A stretch of 64,000 nt of DNA from a virus, in UHGV virus genome UHGV-0010228, one strand, 5' to 3'. The first letter of the stretch is position 1, and the number at the start of each line of letters is the position of its first letter. The position numbers were made by a program, and so were the translations under genes. Shown here in pieces: positions 48,050 to 57,963 of this stretch. Below the pieces are notes generated by a model. That model saw only the letters and a program-made list of their open reading frames with translations. It searched no databases and was not told the DNA's origin.

Positions 48050-50065
48050 TTATACATATTTAGCTAATACAGGGGCATACATTGTATCGAGATGTGATGG
48101 GGCACTCTTCTTATATAATTCAGTAGATAAGATTTGTCTCTTTAAGAATCCGTATGGCATACTAACTAATGCACTTGGATGATACTGTAAAGCAGTATCA
48201 AGTCTTAATATTTGATAATCATTAGGATCTCCATTAGCACTAAAATCTGGAAATTCTAATATATTAGATTTCTTTCTTAAAAGTCCTCTAATGATTAATT
48301 CACCATGAACTAAATCATATTTCTGACCCATACTTATTAATGATTCTGCAAATTTCTGACACATCTCGCTAACAGTTCTTACTCCCATATGCTCGTTGGT
48401 ATTTAAGAGTTTCTTAAATATTTCAATAGGTTCTGTCAGCTCTTTATTCTTAACCTCAACTAAGAATAAAGACATTGTTTCATCAAAATTCTCTAATGAT
48501 ATAGGAGTAGATTTATCACGAAGCTTTTTATATTGATCAATAATCTGATCGTTGAGATATAACTTAGCTTCACTTTCTTCATATATATGATATATCTCAT
48601 TATTAGCTGCATCTTGTATTTTAAATCCATATGTATAATAGAAAATTTTATCGTCTAATTCTTCTTCTATTACATCATCTAATACAATATACAAATCAGC
48701 ATCAAGATCTGAATCTTCTTTAAGACTCATTTCAGATGATTCTAATTCAAATAATTCATCAAATCCTTTACTGAATTTAATCTGATTAGAATGTGTAGTC
48801 TGAGAATGCTTTGTTGATAATACACCTTGCTGTGCTGGCTCTGATTCTTTAAGTGCAGCAATTGCACCTACACTAAACAAACTTGAATTAATATCAAATA
48901 ATTTACCATAGCAGTATTTACAAATGCCATCTTTACCACAGCATGTTGCCGGTGATTTAAACCTAACAATCTTACCAATAAGATCTTTATCTTTCTTATA
49001 ATCAACGCATTTTAAATGACCATGACTATCATAATAGAATCGACCATTTAATAATGATAAGAAATTGTCATCTAATATATGATAATCAACCGTTGCAACA
49101 CTATTACACATCTCACCTGACTGTGATAATATACCTGATGAAGTTGAAACCTGACATAATTTCTTAGCGAATGCACCCGGAATTCCCATTCCCTGCTTAA
49201 CAGCAATTAATGCTTTTCTACCTGACAGTGCATTAATATAGAATAATGATGGCTTATATAATCCGTCTAATAAGAATGATCCATTTATCATTACCGGAAT
49301 TACGTTGCCTGATAAGTCAGCTTTAAGTCCTATCTTAATCATAAACTCTTTTAACTGTGCAGGTTTTATTCCAGCACCAGATGCGTATGAAGATCTAAAA
49401 TCATTATCTTTACCAGGTTCTGCAGGTAAATCATTCTTCATTATATCAATTAATCTTGAAGTACGTCTACTTAACTCATCTTCAATCTCATTAGGCTCAA
49501 GAGTTTCATCAACATCTTTATACATTATATCATGAACTTCAGGTATACGCTTTTCTAAATCATATATGTTATGAATTGACACACCGTTACCAATCAATAA
49601 ACAAAAAGCATGAGCTATAGCAATGATTGAATAATATATATCATCAATCATTGTATTCTTTGATGCAAAGTCATCATCATTTATTGGTAGTAACTTTTCA
49701 TTTATATATTCTAATAAAGTTATTGAACTGAATTTAGTAAAATCAAATATATATGATTCATCTAATAATTCTACTTTATCCATATATATAAATGGTTTCC
49801 ACAATATTAAGTTAGATAGTAAATGACGAAGTTCCATAGTTTTAAATTCTTTATCTTCAGAATGGAATTTATAATGAACTAATCTACTTCTAATTTCCTT
49901 GTACTCAAACCCATATTTGAGTATATCTAATAGATCCTGAAAGATTACATTGTAAGTTTTATTGGATTCCAATATTTCTTCAATAATCAGAAAATGCTCA
50001 TCGTTATAAATTGCATCTAATTCTTCTGGAGTTTTCTTTGGATGCCCATTAAAGTCAATTTTCAT
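48050..50065 (-). CDS. multisubunit RNA polymerase beta-prime subunit, C-terminal (trigger-loop region) fragment, copy 2 (paralog)
   Basis: FKSPATCCGKDGICKYCYGKLF...VGAIAALKESEPAQQGVLSTKHS is collinear with the beta-prime region around CxxCYG and [21 protein letters not shown]. Start placed at the ATG after GGGAGG. Confidence 0.8.
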   Translation of the reverse strand: MKIDFNGHPKKTPEELDAIYNDEHFLIIEEILESNKTYNVIFQDLLDILKYGFEYKEIRSRLVHYKFHSEDKEFKTMELRHLLSNLILWKPFIYMDKVELLDESYIFDFTKFSSITLLEYINEKLLPINDDDFASKNTMIDDIYYSIIAIAHAFCLLIGNGVSIHNIYDLEKRIPEVHDIMYKDVDETLEPNEIEDELSRRTSRLIDIMKNDLPAEPGKDNDFRSSYASGAGIKPAQLKEFMIKIGLKADLSGNVIPVMINGSFLLDGLYKPSLFYINALSGRKALIAVKQGMGIPGAFAKKLCQVSTSSGILSQSGEMCNSVATVDYHILDDNFLSLLNGRFYYDSHGHLKCVDYKKDKDLIGKIVRFKSPATCCGKDGICKYCYGKLFDINSSLFSVGAIAALKESEPAQQGVLSTKHSQTTHSNQIKFSKGFDELFELESSEMSLKEDSDLDADLYIVLDDVIEEELDDKIFYYTYGFKIQDAANNEIYHIYEESEAKLYLNDQIIDQYKKLRDKSTPISLENFDETMSLFLVEVKNKELTEPIEIFKKLLNTNEHMGVRTVSEMCQKFAESLISMGQKYDLVHGELIIRGLLRKKSNILEFPDFSANGDPNDYQILRLDTALQYHPSALVSMPYGFLKRQILSTELYKKSAPSHLDTMYAPVLAKYV

Positions 50066-50337
50066 TTTTCTTTTTCCTCCCAGCAAATAATAACATCATC
50101 ACTTCTATCATCAGTATTATTAGTATACAATACAACATTATATTTACATTTATCTTTTAATGATAAATCCTCTATGGGATATACATTAACACAATCATAA
50201 AAAGCACCATTACCGGGAATATTTGGCTGATTATTATAATATTCCATTTCAACAGTATAAGTTAATTGTGAATACGATAAACTCGTAAACAGTGTAAATA
50301 ATAATAAAGTTTTCATATTATTGTCCTCAATTGTCAT
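50062..50337 (-). CDS. small secreted protein (signal peptide)
   Basis: MKTLLLFTLFTSLSYSQ N-terminus; GAGGA RBS; stop overlaps the next start (ATGA). Confidence 0.55.
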   Translation of the reverse strand: MTIEDNNMKTLLLFTLFTSLSYSQLTYTVEMEYYNNQPNIPGNGAFYDCVNVYPIEDLSLKDKCKYNVVLYTNNTDDRSDDVIICWEEKEK

Positions 50338-50341
50338 GATA

Positions 50342-50377
50342 AAAGCGATATACTATCAATTGATAGTATATCGCTTT
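50342..50377. terminator. intrinsic terminator
   Basis: aaagcgatatactatcaa / ttgatagtatatcgcttt 18-bp palindrome followed by a T-run. Confidence 0.7.
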
Positions 50378-50402
50378 GTTTTTGTTATTTTAAGATTCTA
50401 GG

Positions 50403-51302
50403 TTATTCAATTACAACTTTACCATCTTTCCAATCAACTTTCTTACCAAGAGCTTCGGCAATCTGTCTGATTGAGCAATAATTGGTACCATTTCCTTTGA
50501 AGCCTTTAATCTTCATATCTTTGCCATTAACACGAACATTAACTTCTCCGACATCGATAATCGGTGTACTGCCGGATGATGTGACACTTAAGCCAAGACC
50601 TTCACCGATTGGTCTGACCGCAAGATAGTTGGATCCCTCCTTCATAATACCCTTGACTGTAACTTCTTTACCAAGTAATATTATTTTACGATCTTCTACC
50701 ACTTCGTCATCCACCTCCTTTGTTGGTGTTGCTGATGTCTTTCCATTATATGCATCTGCAAGTTTCTTTTTGAACGCTTTCCAATTTGCTTCGCCTGCTG
50801 CAGTGTAGCACATTGGCTCCGGACATCTCTTTGCAGTTACATCATAATGTCTATAAACGTTTTCTAATGGAATATTATATTTTTTCATTAAATATACTCC
50901 CAACTCAATCGCATTTGCTTGAGTTTCTTCAGGAATATAATAATGCCCTTTACCTACGACTGGATTTGGAGTTGTTGATCTAGATACCATTTCAATAGAT
51001 ATTGAATTAGTATTGGTAATTTTACCTTTCATCTTACCGATACCCTTATCACCAACTGAATATCCAACATTCGTATCAGGTACACAATTGTATACAGTCT
51101 TACTATTATCAACACAGTAATGTGCAGAAGCTGCTCTAGGACTATTCTTAAAGTAATTTGCATTACCTTTAGCTGTTGCATTCTTTCCAGAAGCAGTGGT
51201 TCCATTAGCAGTATAATGATAAATCAGATACTTTGGCGTTCCTCTTTGTCCGCCATAATATTTAGCTCTTATTGAGGAGTCTATCTTTAGTGTGAGTGCC
51301 AT
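50403..51302 (-). CDS. endolysin: N-acetylmuramoyl-L-alanine amidase (Amidase_2/PGRP) with C-terminal Cu-amine-oxidase-N-like cell-wall-binding repeats
   Basis: YHYTA...SAHYCVD and ENVYRHYDVTAKRCP match the Amidase_2 zinc-ligand pattern. C-terminal repeated GSNYLAVRPIGEGLG / GTNYCSIRQIAEALG modules. AAAGGAGG RBS. Confidence 0.8.
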   Translation of the reverse strand: MALTLKIDSSIRAKYYGGQRGTPKYLIYHYTANGTTASGKNATAKGNANYFKNSPRAASAHYCVDNSKTVYNCVPDTNVGYSVGDKGIGKMKGKITNTNSISIEMVSRSTTPNPVVGKGHYYIPEETQANAIELGVYLMKKYNIPLENVYRHYDVTAKRCPEPMCYTAAGEANWKAFKKKLADAYNGKTSATPTKEVDDEVVEDRKIILLGKEVTVKGIMKEGSNYLAVRPIGEGLGLSVTSSGSTPIIDVGEVNVRVNGKDMKIKGFKGNGTNYCSIRQIAEALGKKVDWKDGKVVIE

Positions 51303-51326
51303 GTCAATCCTCCTTTCATAAAATAT

Positions 51327-51356
51327 AGGTTAATGTAGTATATACTACATTAACCT
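51327..51356. terminator. intrinsic terminator
   Basis: aggttaatgtagta-ta-tactacattaacct. Confidence 0.7.
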
Positions 51357-51368
51357 AATTGTTAGTTA

Positions 51369-52274
51369 TTATTCATCTTCATCTCTCACATACCATAATA
51401 AAGCTTTCATTAATGTATCAACATTTCTATCTACAACTTCATCCATTTTCTCAGGATCATCACAGAATTCCATATCGATTACATCTATCATATATCCAGC
51501 TTTATCGGCATAATGCAATAATAAAGCAAAATCATCTTCAGCATATCGCATCTCATCAAGCTTTGCATATTCCGGAGAATTTTCTATTGTATATTCCCCA
51601 AATGGAAGATACTTCCACATATTAGATACTATATTCATATACGAATCATTTGATTCATGCAGATCTTTATTCTCTTTAGTATCTAAGGTGTTTTTATCAT
51701 CTGGAAATCTTAAATAGAAATTCATCTGATATCCTGGAATATCTTTTAGCATACTTGGTTCAATAAGAATTTGGCTCCTTAAATATTCTATGAGATACAT
51801 ATAGATATTTTCAAGTTCATCCGGATTCTTTTGCTGCTCTATATAGAAGGAATTTACAATCTTAGCACCCTGATATAAGAAATTAGATAAAAATGATCTA
51901 TCATTAACCATATAGTGTGCAATTTTATAATCAGAAGATTCAACTCTAAGACGTCTATCTAAGACATATAATAATGAAGAAGTTATATAATCAAGTTCTG
52001 TTGGATCAGTATTATTTAATTCCCCATTAAGATATTGCTTAATCATTTTACCCATAGAAGATTCATAGTCAGGATAATGTTGATATATAGCAACATCTTC
52101 AATTCCTTTTTCTAAAATTGCATTTCTTATTTCATCAGGAAGTCTATCTATAATAGTTCTATTAGCAGCATTTAATCTTTCAACTATTCTCTTAGCAATA
52201 GTTGATTTACCAACACCATCTGCACCTTCGATATTAATTACAATATGTAATAATTCTTTTGATTCATTTTCCAT
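51369..52274 (-). CDS. thymidylate (dNMP) kinase-like protein
   Basis: NIEGADGVGKSTIAKRI matches the Tmk P-loop (IEGxxGxGKST). 301 aa with a C-terminal extension. Confidence 0.7.
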   Translation of the reverse strand: MENESKELLHIVINIEGADGVGKSTIAKRIVERLNAANRTIIDRLPDEIRNAILEKGIEDVAIYQHYPDYESSMGKMIKQYLNGELNNTDPTELDYITSSLLYVLDRRLRVESSDYKIAHYMVNDRSFLSNFLYQGAKIVNSFYIEQQKNPDELENIYMYLIEYLRSQILIEPSMLKDIPGYQMNFYLRFPDDKNTLDTKENKDLHESNDSYMNIVSNMWKYLPFGEYTIENSPEYAKLDEMRYAEDDFALLLHYADKAGYMIDVIDMEFCDDPEKMDEVVDRNVDTLMKALLWYVRDEDE

Positions 52275-52279
52275 ATCAT

Positions 52280-53986
52280 CTATTCCTCTCCGCTCATTGA
52301 AGTTAATATATTTGTATCTTCTTTTTCAACAATCTCAATTTTTTCATATTTAAGATATTCCTTAAAAGGATCGTCTTTATATTTAGATTCGATCCAAGAA
52401 TCAAATGATTTCTTCTTGGTTTTCTTAGTTTCAACTTCAAATAAATACTGATTATGACACGGTTCACGATCTGGAGTAAAGTAGAATCTATCATATAATT
52501 TAGCAAATGGAACTAAACTTCCAGACATACCAACATCTGAATTTGATGATACATTTAAATCTAATATTCCAACCATAGATGGATGAAGATATCTATATTT
52601 AACAGATATTTTCTTATTGTTAGAATCACCAATAGACTGGAAGCCTTTTCCTGAATATGCGATATCCATTAAGAAATTCATATCATTTACAATATCATCA
52701 GTCTTAACTAAGTCATTTAAATTTCTCATACCACTAATAATAATATCGGAAGGGAAATTAAATAACTCCATTAAGGTATCCATTGTATTCATACGTGATT
52801 TACCACGTTTTTCAATGAATTTATTAATGTTTTCATTAATCTTCTTACCTAATGAAGATAATACGATATATTCATTACGTCTAATACGTTTATTGCACAT
52901 ATCAATATTTGAATGAGCTCTTAACTCTTCAAAATTAGTCATTATCCAATACATCAAATAATAGATATTCTGTTTATAATATAATGGTAATCTTAGATTA
53001 TTAATTGTAACTTGATCCAATAATCTTTCAATCATCAATAATGTGGTATAACCTTTTTCTCTGAAAGAAAGAATATTTTTATTTTTTGCAGTACCAACCA
53101 TTCCAATTCTGCAGATCCAATATTCTTTATCTTCAATATTATGAGAGCTTACTGGAAAATCTTTATTTCTAGTACTACAAAGCATAGTTACAAATGCTCT
53201 GACCATGTTATATTTTTCAAACATATCAGATTTTACTTTTACATATAATTCATCAAGCTGGAAAATCTCATATTTATCTAATTCAGATTCTTTATAATCT
53301 GAATCAATGAATACAATACCTTCCATATCAAAGAATTTTAGTGTGTTTGCTAATCCCATTTTAGAGCTATAAATTAATATTGGATTTATAAATCTTGGTT
53401 TACTTTTAGCGCCAGGTTTTCTAGTTTTAGTATTAAGTGCATATGAATAAGAAGGTGTAACGTGTGTAGTACCAGTTACATCTTCTATCATACGATTTTT
53501 ATTCTGATATATAACAATTGGCATCCTAGATTTGATAGTAGTTTTACCTCTTTGAGAATAGGTTGAAGCATCTAGTAACTGCCATATTGCTTTCATTTTC
53601 TTACCATTATTATAATAAAAACCATCAATCTCTATTGGGTATAATATATGCTTCTTAATAATTTTCTTATTAAGATTAGTCTCTACTTTTATTGTAAAGA
53701 TTATCTCTCCATAAAAATTATCATTCATATATTTAAATTTAGGAAATTCAAGATTTGATAGATCTTTCTTCTTATAATTGATATTTATTGTATGCATATT
53801 AATATCAACTTCATCAGGTCTATCAACCACTTCTATATTAAGAATTTCGATATTTTCTATAGCCTCTAATTCTTTCATTGAGGTGATTATGAAGTCTTCT
53901 AATGAATCATCCTGATTACCCACAATAATATCATCATTAAATTCTTCGGTGTATTTATTTGGATATAATCCTACATAGTCTATCAT
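52280..53986 (-). CDS. hypothetical protein; possible RNA polymerase beta-subunit N-terminal/middle fragment
   Basis: Start moved to the ATG after AAGGAGG (MIDYVGLYPN...). RYLHPSMVGILDLNVSSNSDVGMSGSLVPFAKL loosely parallels the beta [29 protein letters not shown]. Functional call is tentative. Confidence 0.5.
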   Translation of the reverse strand: MIDYVGLYPNKYTEEFNDDIIVGNQDDSLEDFIITSMKELEAIENIEILNIEVVDRPDEVDINMHTININYKKKDLSNLEFPKFKYMNDNFYGEIIFTIKVETNLNKKIIKKHILYPIEIDGFYYNNGKKMKAIWQLLDASTYSQRGKTTIKSRMPIVIYQNKNRMIEDVTGTTHVTPSYSYALNTKTRKPGAKSKPRFINPILIYSSKMGLANTLKFFDMEGIVFIDSDYKESELDKYEIFQLDELYVKVKSDMFEKYNMVRAFVTMLCSTRNKDFPVSSHNIEDKEYWICRIGMVGTAKNKNILSFREKGYTTLLMIERLLDQVTINNLRLPLYYKQNIYYLMYWIMTNFEELRAHSNIDMCNKRIRRNEYIVLSSLGKKINENINKFIEKRGKSRMNTMDTLMELFNFPSDIIISGMRNLNDLVKTDDIVNDMNFLMDIAYSGKGFQSIGDSNNKKISVKYRYLHPSMVGILDLNVSSNSDVGMSGSLVPFAKLYDRFYFTPDREPCHNQYLFEVETKKTKKKSFDSWIESKYKDDPFKEYLKYEKIEIVEKEDTNILTSMSGEE

Positions 53987-54024
53987 TTTTGTGTGTACCT
54001 CCTTAAAATAATTATATAATTTTT

Positions 54025-54059
54025 GAGAGAGCCATAGCATAATACACTATGGCTCTCTC
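54025..54059 (-). terminator. intrinsic terminator
   Basis: gagagagccatag-(9 nt)-ctatggctctctc, T-run on the minus strand. Confidence 0.7.
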
Positions 54060-54068
54060 TTAATATAA

Positions 54069-54542
54069 TTAATAATTCATTTCAGTAATTGTTAAATACT
54101 GCTTATCATTATCAACGTCACACTTAATATCATGATTTACTATGTTTACAATGTCAAAATCAAATGTAATATTATCTAATGATATCTTAAACGAATATCT
54201 TCCACTAGGATATTCATTTATTTCTGCACTATCTAACTGATTTAGAAGTTCATGCTTTCCAATATTCAGTTTAAGTAGAGCAAATTTATATCCTAATAAG
54301 ATATCGAGCAATGATCCATTCGCAGTTTCATTAAATATATCAGTCTTAGCTAATTCATTTAAGACAACTTCAACTGCAGATAATTCATCTAATGTAAATA
54401 TATCAAAATGTAGATCTAATTTTAATTCTTCATTCGGATCTACCTTTGAGACTTCGTATGCCTTATACAAGCATACGAAGTCTAATTTCTTATTTTCTTT
54501 ACGAATTCTATCTTCAATAACTTCTCTTAATTCTTTACTCAT
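54069..54542 (-). CDS. hypothetical protein
   Basis: 157-aa ORF; start overlaps the upstream stop (TAATGA). Confidence 0.6.
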   Translation of the reverse strand: MSKELREVIEDRIRKENKKLDFVCLYKAYEVSKVDPNEELKLDLHFDIFTLDELSAVEVVLNELAKTDIFNETANGSLLDILLGYKFALLKLNIGKHELLNQLDSAEINEYPSGRYSFKISLDNITFDFDIVNIVNHDIKCDVDNDKQYLTITEMNY

Positions 54543-55288
54543 TAGTATTCATCATCTCCCTCATATACAGCATCAAATTTAATTGTTAATTTAGCAACTA
54601 AACCTGGATTCATATTAATCACGATCTCACCCTGATCATTATATCTAGCATGAATTTCAATAACATCATTGAAATTGACTGTCTGCATAGTACCGTCAGG
54701 ATCATTCTTAAGGTCTATTACTAATTTCTTAAATAAATTCTCAAAGAATACATATGTTATTCCCAATACTGCATATTTATCCTTATCAGCTAACACGATT
54801 GAGAAATTCTGCGATAACGCATATCTTGCAAATGTATCTACATTCTCATAGAATTTATCAATATCTGGAAGTCCTGTAAGAAAATACTCACTTGCTGGCA
54901 TTAACTCATATTCTTTTTCATTTTCTGGGATATCAATATCATCAATTATCTTCTGAGCTCCACTTCCAGCTCCAAATACAATATTGATATTTCCTTCCTT
55001 TTCAGCTTTAGGAGTTTTTCTATACGAAACACTAAGACTGAATAAATTGAAGAAGTTAATTGCTTTAATATTATTATTAGCACTAGAATTAAATCCAAGT
55101 GCCGTAATAATACTTTCAATTACCTGATTAGCAATTGTATTACAACGCCAATCCATATTGGTCATAAGACCAAATCTAGCTTCTACATCACCTTTGGTCT
55201 TACGATCAACTGCTAACAGAAAATCTCTGTCTCTAGGCTCCTGTGGAACTACTAACACCTGCTGATTTGAAAAATCGAATGAATTCAT
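54542..55288 (-). CDS. hypothetical protein
   Basis: AAAGGAGG RBS; 248 aa. Confidence 0.65.
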   Translation of the reverse strand: MNSFDFSNQQVLVVPQEPRDRDFLLAVDRKTKGDVEARFGLMTNMDWRCNTIANQVIESIITALGFNSSANNNIKAINFFNLFSLSVSYRKTPKAEKEGNINIVFGAGSGAQKIIDDIDIPENEKEYELMPASEYFLTGLPDIDKFYENVDTFARYALSQNFSIVLADKDKYAVLGITYVFFENLFKKLVIDLKNDPDGTMQTVNFNDVIEIHARYNDQGEIVINMNPGLVAKLTIKFDAVYEGDDEY

Positions 55289-55323
55289 TTTATTTCCTCC
55301 TTTATCATGTGAATAATATATGA

Positions 55324-57327
55324 TTATAATTTAGATAGTTCATTATAAAGCTTTTCAATATCATGAATATCAATAATTGAAACACCTTTACGAATTGCTG
55401 CTTTACATTTAGTTGAAGTTGTACTACCAGATGTAATAACTGCGAATGTACTACTTGTAACTGACTGACCAACATCTATTCCTATAGATTTAAACTTAGC
55501 CTCCCATTCAGGATTTCTAAATCCAGTAAATACAACACTTCCTTTATATGATGCATCATCTACGATATTCATATTATTAAGAAGAAACTCTATAAGATCT
55601 CTATTTTCATCTACAAAATCTGCAAAGACCATTGCAGTATTTGTTCCAATACCATCTGCCTGAACAGCTTTCTTTACAATCTTTTTATTACTCATATCCA
55701 TTAATTTATCTAATGATATAACTTCAAATATCTTTCTACATTTCTTCTCTTTTATTAATGTTATTCCTAAAGCTCCAAATAATTTTGAAGATGAAATCGG
55801 CTTATTCTTTATAGATTCTATCTGTGATAATATCTTACTTTCAGATTTATCACTAAATCCATCTAACCTAGCAATACTACCGGGTTCTATAAAGAATAGT
55901 GATTTAATATCATGAATTACTCCAGCTTTATATAATGTTTCTATTGATGTATCTGAGAAATCTACTATACCCATCTGATCGAGGAAGTTTGCAATTCTTC
56001 CTGTATTAACTCTAATGCAATCTGGATTTTTACATTTATATTCAGTTCCATATCGAGTTAATTTTTCTCCACAATAAGGACATATTTTAGGAATCTTTAG
56101 TTCATCTCTTCGATACATTTCATTTCTACTAGGAATTACCTTTGCCTGCGGAATTACATCGCCTGCAGAATATGCTATGATTTCTTCACCTTCATATAAA
56201 TTCATTGAAAGAAACTTATCATACGAACCTAATGAAATATCTGTAACTATAGTTTCATTAACCTCACATGGTTTAACTTTTAACATTGGAATTGCATTTC
56301 CTAATCTACCAACTGACATATATCCATATTCAATAGTTGTGATTGCTTCATTAGTATTGATCTTATATGCAACTGCTTCATCCATAAAATCATATTTATT
56401 AACCGGCATACCTTTTATTACTGGATAAATAACAATTCCATCTACACGATATTGAAATTGATGATCTTTATATTTAGTCATCATTTTTTCAATATCGTTC
56501 ATCATATCTCTCGGATGATAATAATCTCCGATTTTAGCATGTAATGGAATATATTTAATTCTATCATTATTGTAGTATAATAATGGAATCAATGTTAAAT
56601 ATCTTCCATAACTTACATTCTTAGGAGTTCCTATTATACCAGAGGTTGCAGATCTTCTATTAGCATAATTCTTATGTTTTATTAGTTTATTGAAATCATC
56701 AGTTGATACGACTATTTCACATTTATAGTATCCATCTAATAGTCCCTTATCAGTCATAAATTTTGATGCAATTTCTGGATCAAAAGATATTCTAGCTCTT
56801 CTAATTAATTCAGTTATATCCTGTCCTTTGATACCATCATACCTTGTTAATGCAAGATCGATCATTCCATCTTCAACTTTCATTCCACAAGATATTCCAT
56901 CGTATTTTGGTGCTAAGATATATTTTGTAATTGGTTTATTCTTATTAAAGAAATCTTTCAATTCATCATATTCATATATCTTAGATATAGAGCCGACTAA
57001 TCCTGGTTCTTCATGATCAACAAAATCCCACTGAGTTATGTCTAAGATATTATCCGGAAATATTATCATATCATTATTTCCATATGACATATACGATCTC
57101 ATGCACTCATCATAATTTCTATCGGGAATTAATACCTGACCAGTTTTACTAAACGCATAATAATCGAGGCAGAGAATTATGAAATCTTCTAATTCCATAA
57201 CTTTAAACTTTCTATTATTCATTATTCGTAATGAATAATTCAGAAAATCATCTTTATATTCATAAAGATCTTCTACGGTTATTTTTTTCTCAATTAAATT
57301 ATTTCTTAAACTTGAAAAATCTATCAT
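55324..57327 (-). CDS. ligA: NAD-dependent DNA ligase
   Basis: Adenylation Lys motif EPKYDGISCGM (KxDG). RVDGIVIY. CPYCGEKL...C zinc finger. HhH and C-terminal BRCT-like region. 667 aa. GGAGG RBS. Confidence 0.85.
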   Translation of the reverse strand: MIDFSSLRNNLIEKKITVEDLYEYKDDFLNYSLRIMNNRKFKVMELEDFIILCLDYYAFSKTGQVLIPDRNYDECMRSYMSYGNNDMIIFPDNILDITQWDFVDHEEPGLVGSISKIYEYDELKDFFNKNKPITKYILAPKYDGISCGMKVEDGMIDLALTRYDGIKGQDITELIRRARISFDPEIASKFMTDKGLLDGYYKCEIVVSTDDFNKLIKHKNYANRRSATSGIIGTPKNVSYGRYLTLIPLLYYNNDRIKYIPLHAKIGDYYHPRDMMNDIEKMMTKYKDHQFQYRVDGIVIYPVIKGMPVNKYDFMDEAVAYKINTNEAITTIEYGYMSVGRLGNAIPMLKVKPCEVNETIVTDISLGSYDKFLSMNLYEGEEIIAYSAGDVIPQAKVIPSRNEMYRRDELKIPKICPYCGEKLTRYGTEYKCKNPDCIRVNTGRIANFLDQMGIVDFSDTSIETLYKAGVIHDIKSLFFIEPGSIARLDGFSDKSESKILSQIESIKNKPISSSKLFGALGITLIKEKKCRKIFEVISLDKLMDMSNKKIVKKAVQADGIGTNTAMVFADFVDENRDLIEFLLNNMNIVDDASYKGSVVFTGFRNPEWEAKFKSIGIDVGQSVTSSTFAVITSGSTTSTKCKAAIRKGVSIIDIHDIEKLYNELSKL

Positions 57328-57862
57328 ATATTTTCCTCCATATCGGTTTTCTCTTAAATGAATCTATCATACTATCCTTATTAGTTCCTATATCATATCT
57401 TCGCATATTTTCATAAAATATGCCCTGTTTATTTGGGTGATATGCTGGTTGTCTATACCATAATACTGGTATTTTATCACATAATTCTAACATTATCTTA
57501 TTATCTAATTCTACGAATAAATAATCATACTCTTTTGACAAGCTAAGGGCTTTAAGAAATGCATATCCATAACCCTGATTACGATATTCCTTACATATCT
57601 CGAAATCACATAGCATCTTATAATTCCCATGATATGTAAATGCACACGTTCCAATAACATTTTCAAGATCATCAATCAATACTCCTTCATAATGCATTAT
57701 GAAATCATTTAATACATATGAATATACTGCATATTTATATATGCATATTTTAGCAGCTAAATTTGGAATATTTGTCGTATAGTTATCAAGTTTAATTCCA
57801 TTTATTGGATTTGCATTCTCATAATTCAAACCAATCTTTTTGCAGTATTCATTTAATTTCAT
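57299..57862 (-). CDS. GNAT-family N-acetyltransferase
   Basis: YRNQGYGYAFLKAL matches GNAT motif A (Q/R-x-x-G-x-G/A). Start moved to the ATG after GAGGAGG. Confidence 0.65.
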   Translation of the reverse strand: MKLNEYCKKIGLNYENANPINGIKLDNYTTNIPNLAAKICIYKYAVYSYVLNDFIMHYEGVLIDDLENVIGTCAFTYHGNYKMLCDFEICKEYRNQGYGYAFLKALSLSKEYDYLFVELDNKIMLELCDKIPVLWYRQPAYHPNKQGIFYENMRRYDIGTNKDSMIDSFKRKPIWRKIYDRFFKFKK

Positions 57863-57963
57863 ATTATGCCTCCTCATAACAACTTTAAAATAATAATAGA
57901 GAAGAATTCATCATTATTGAATTCTTCTCTTTAATAATATATCAACTTGGATTAAATCATTTT

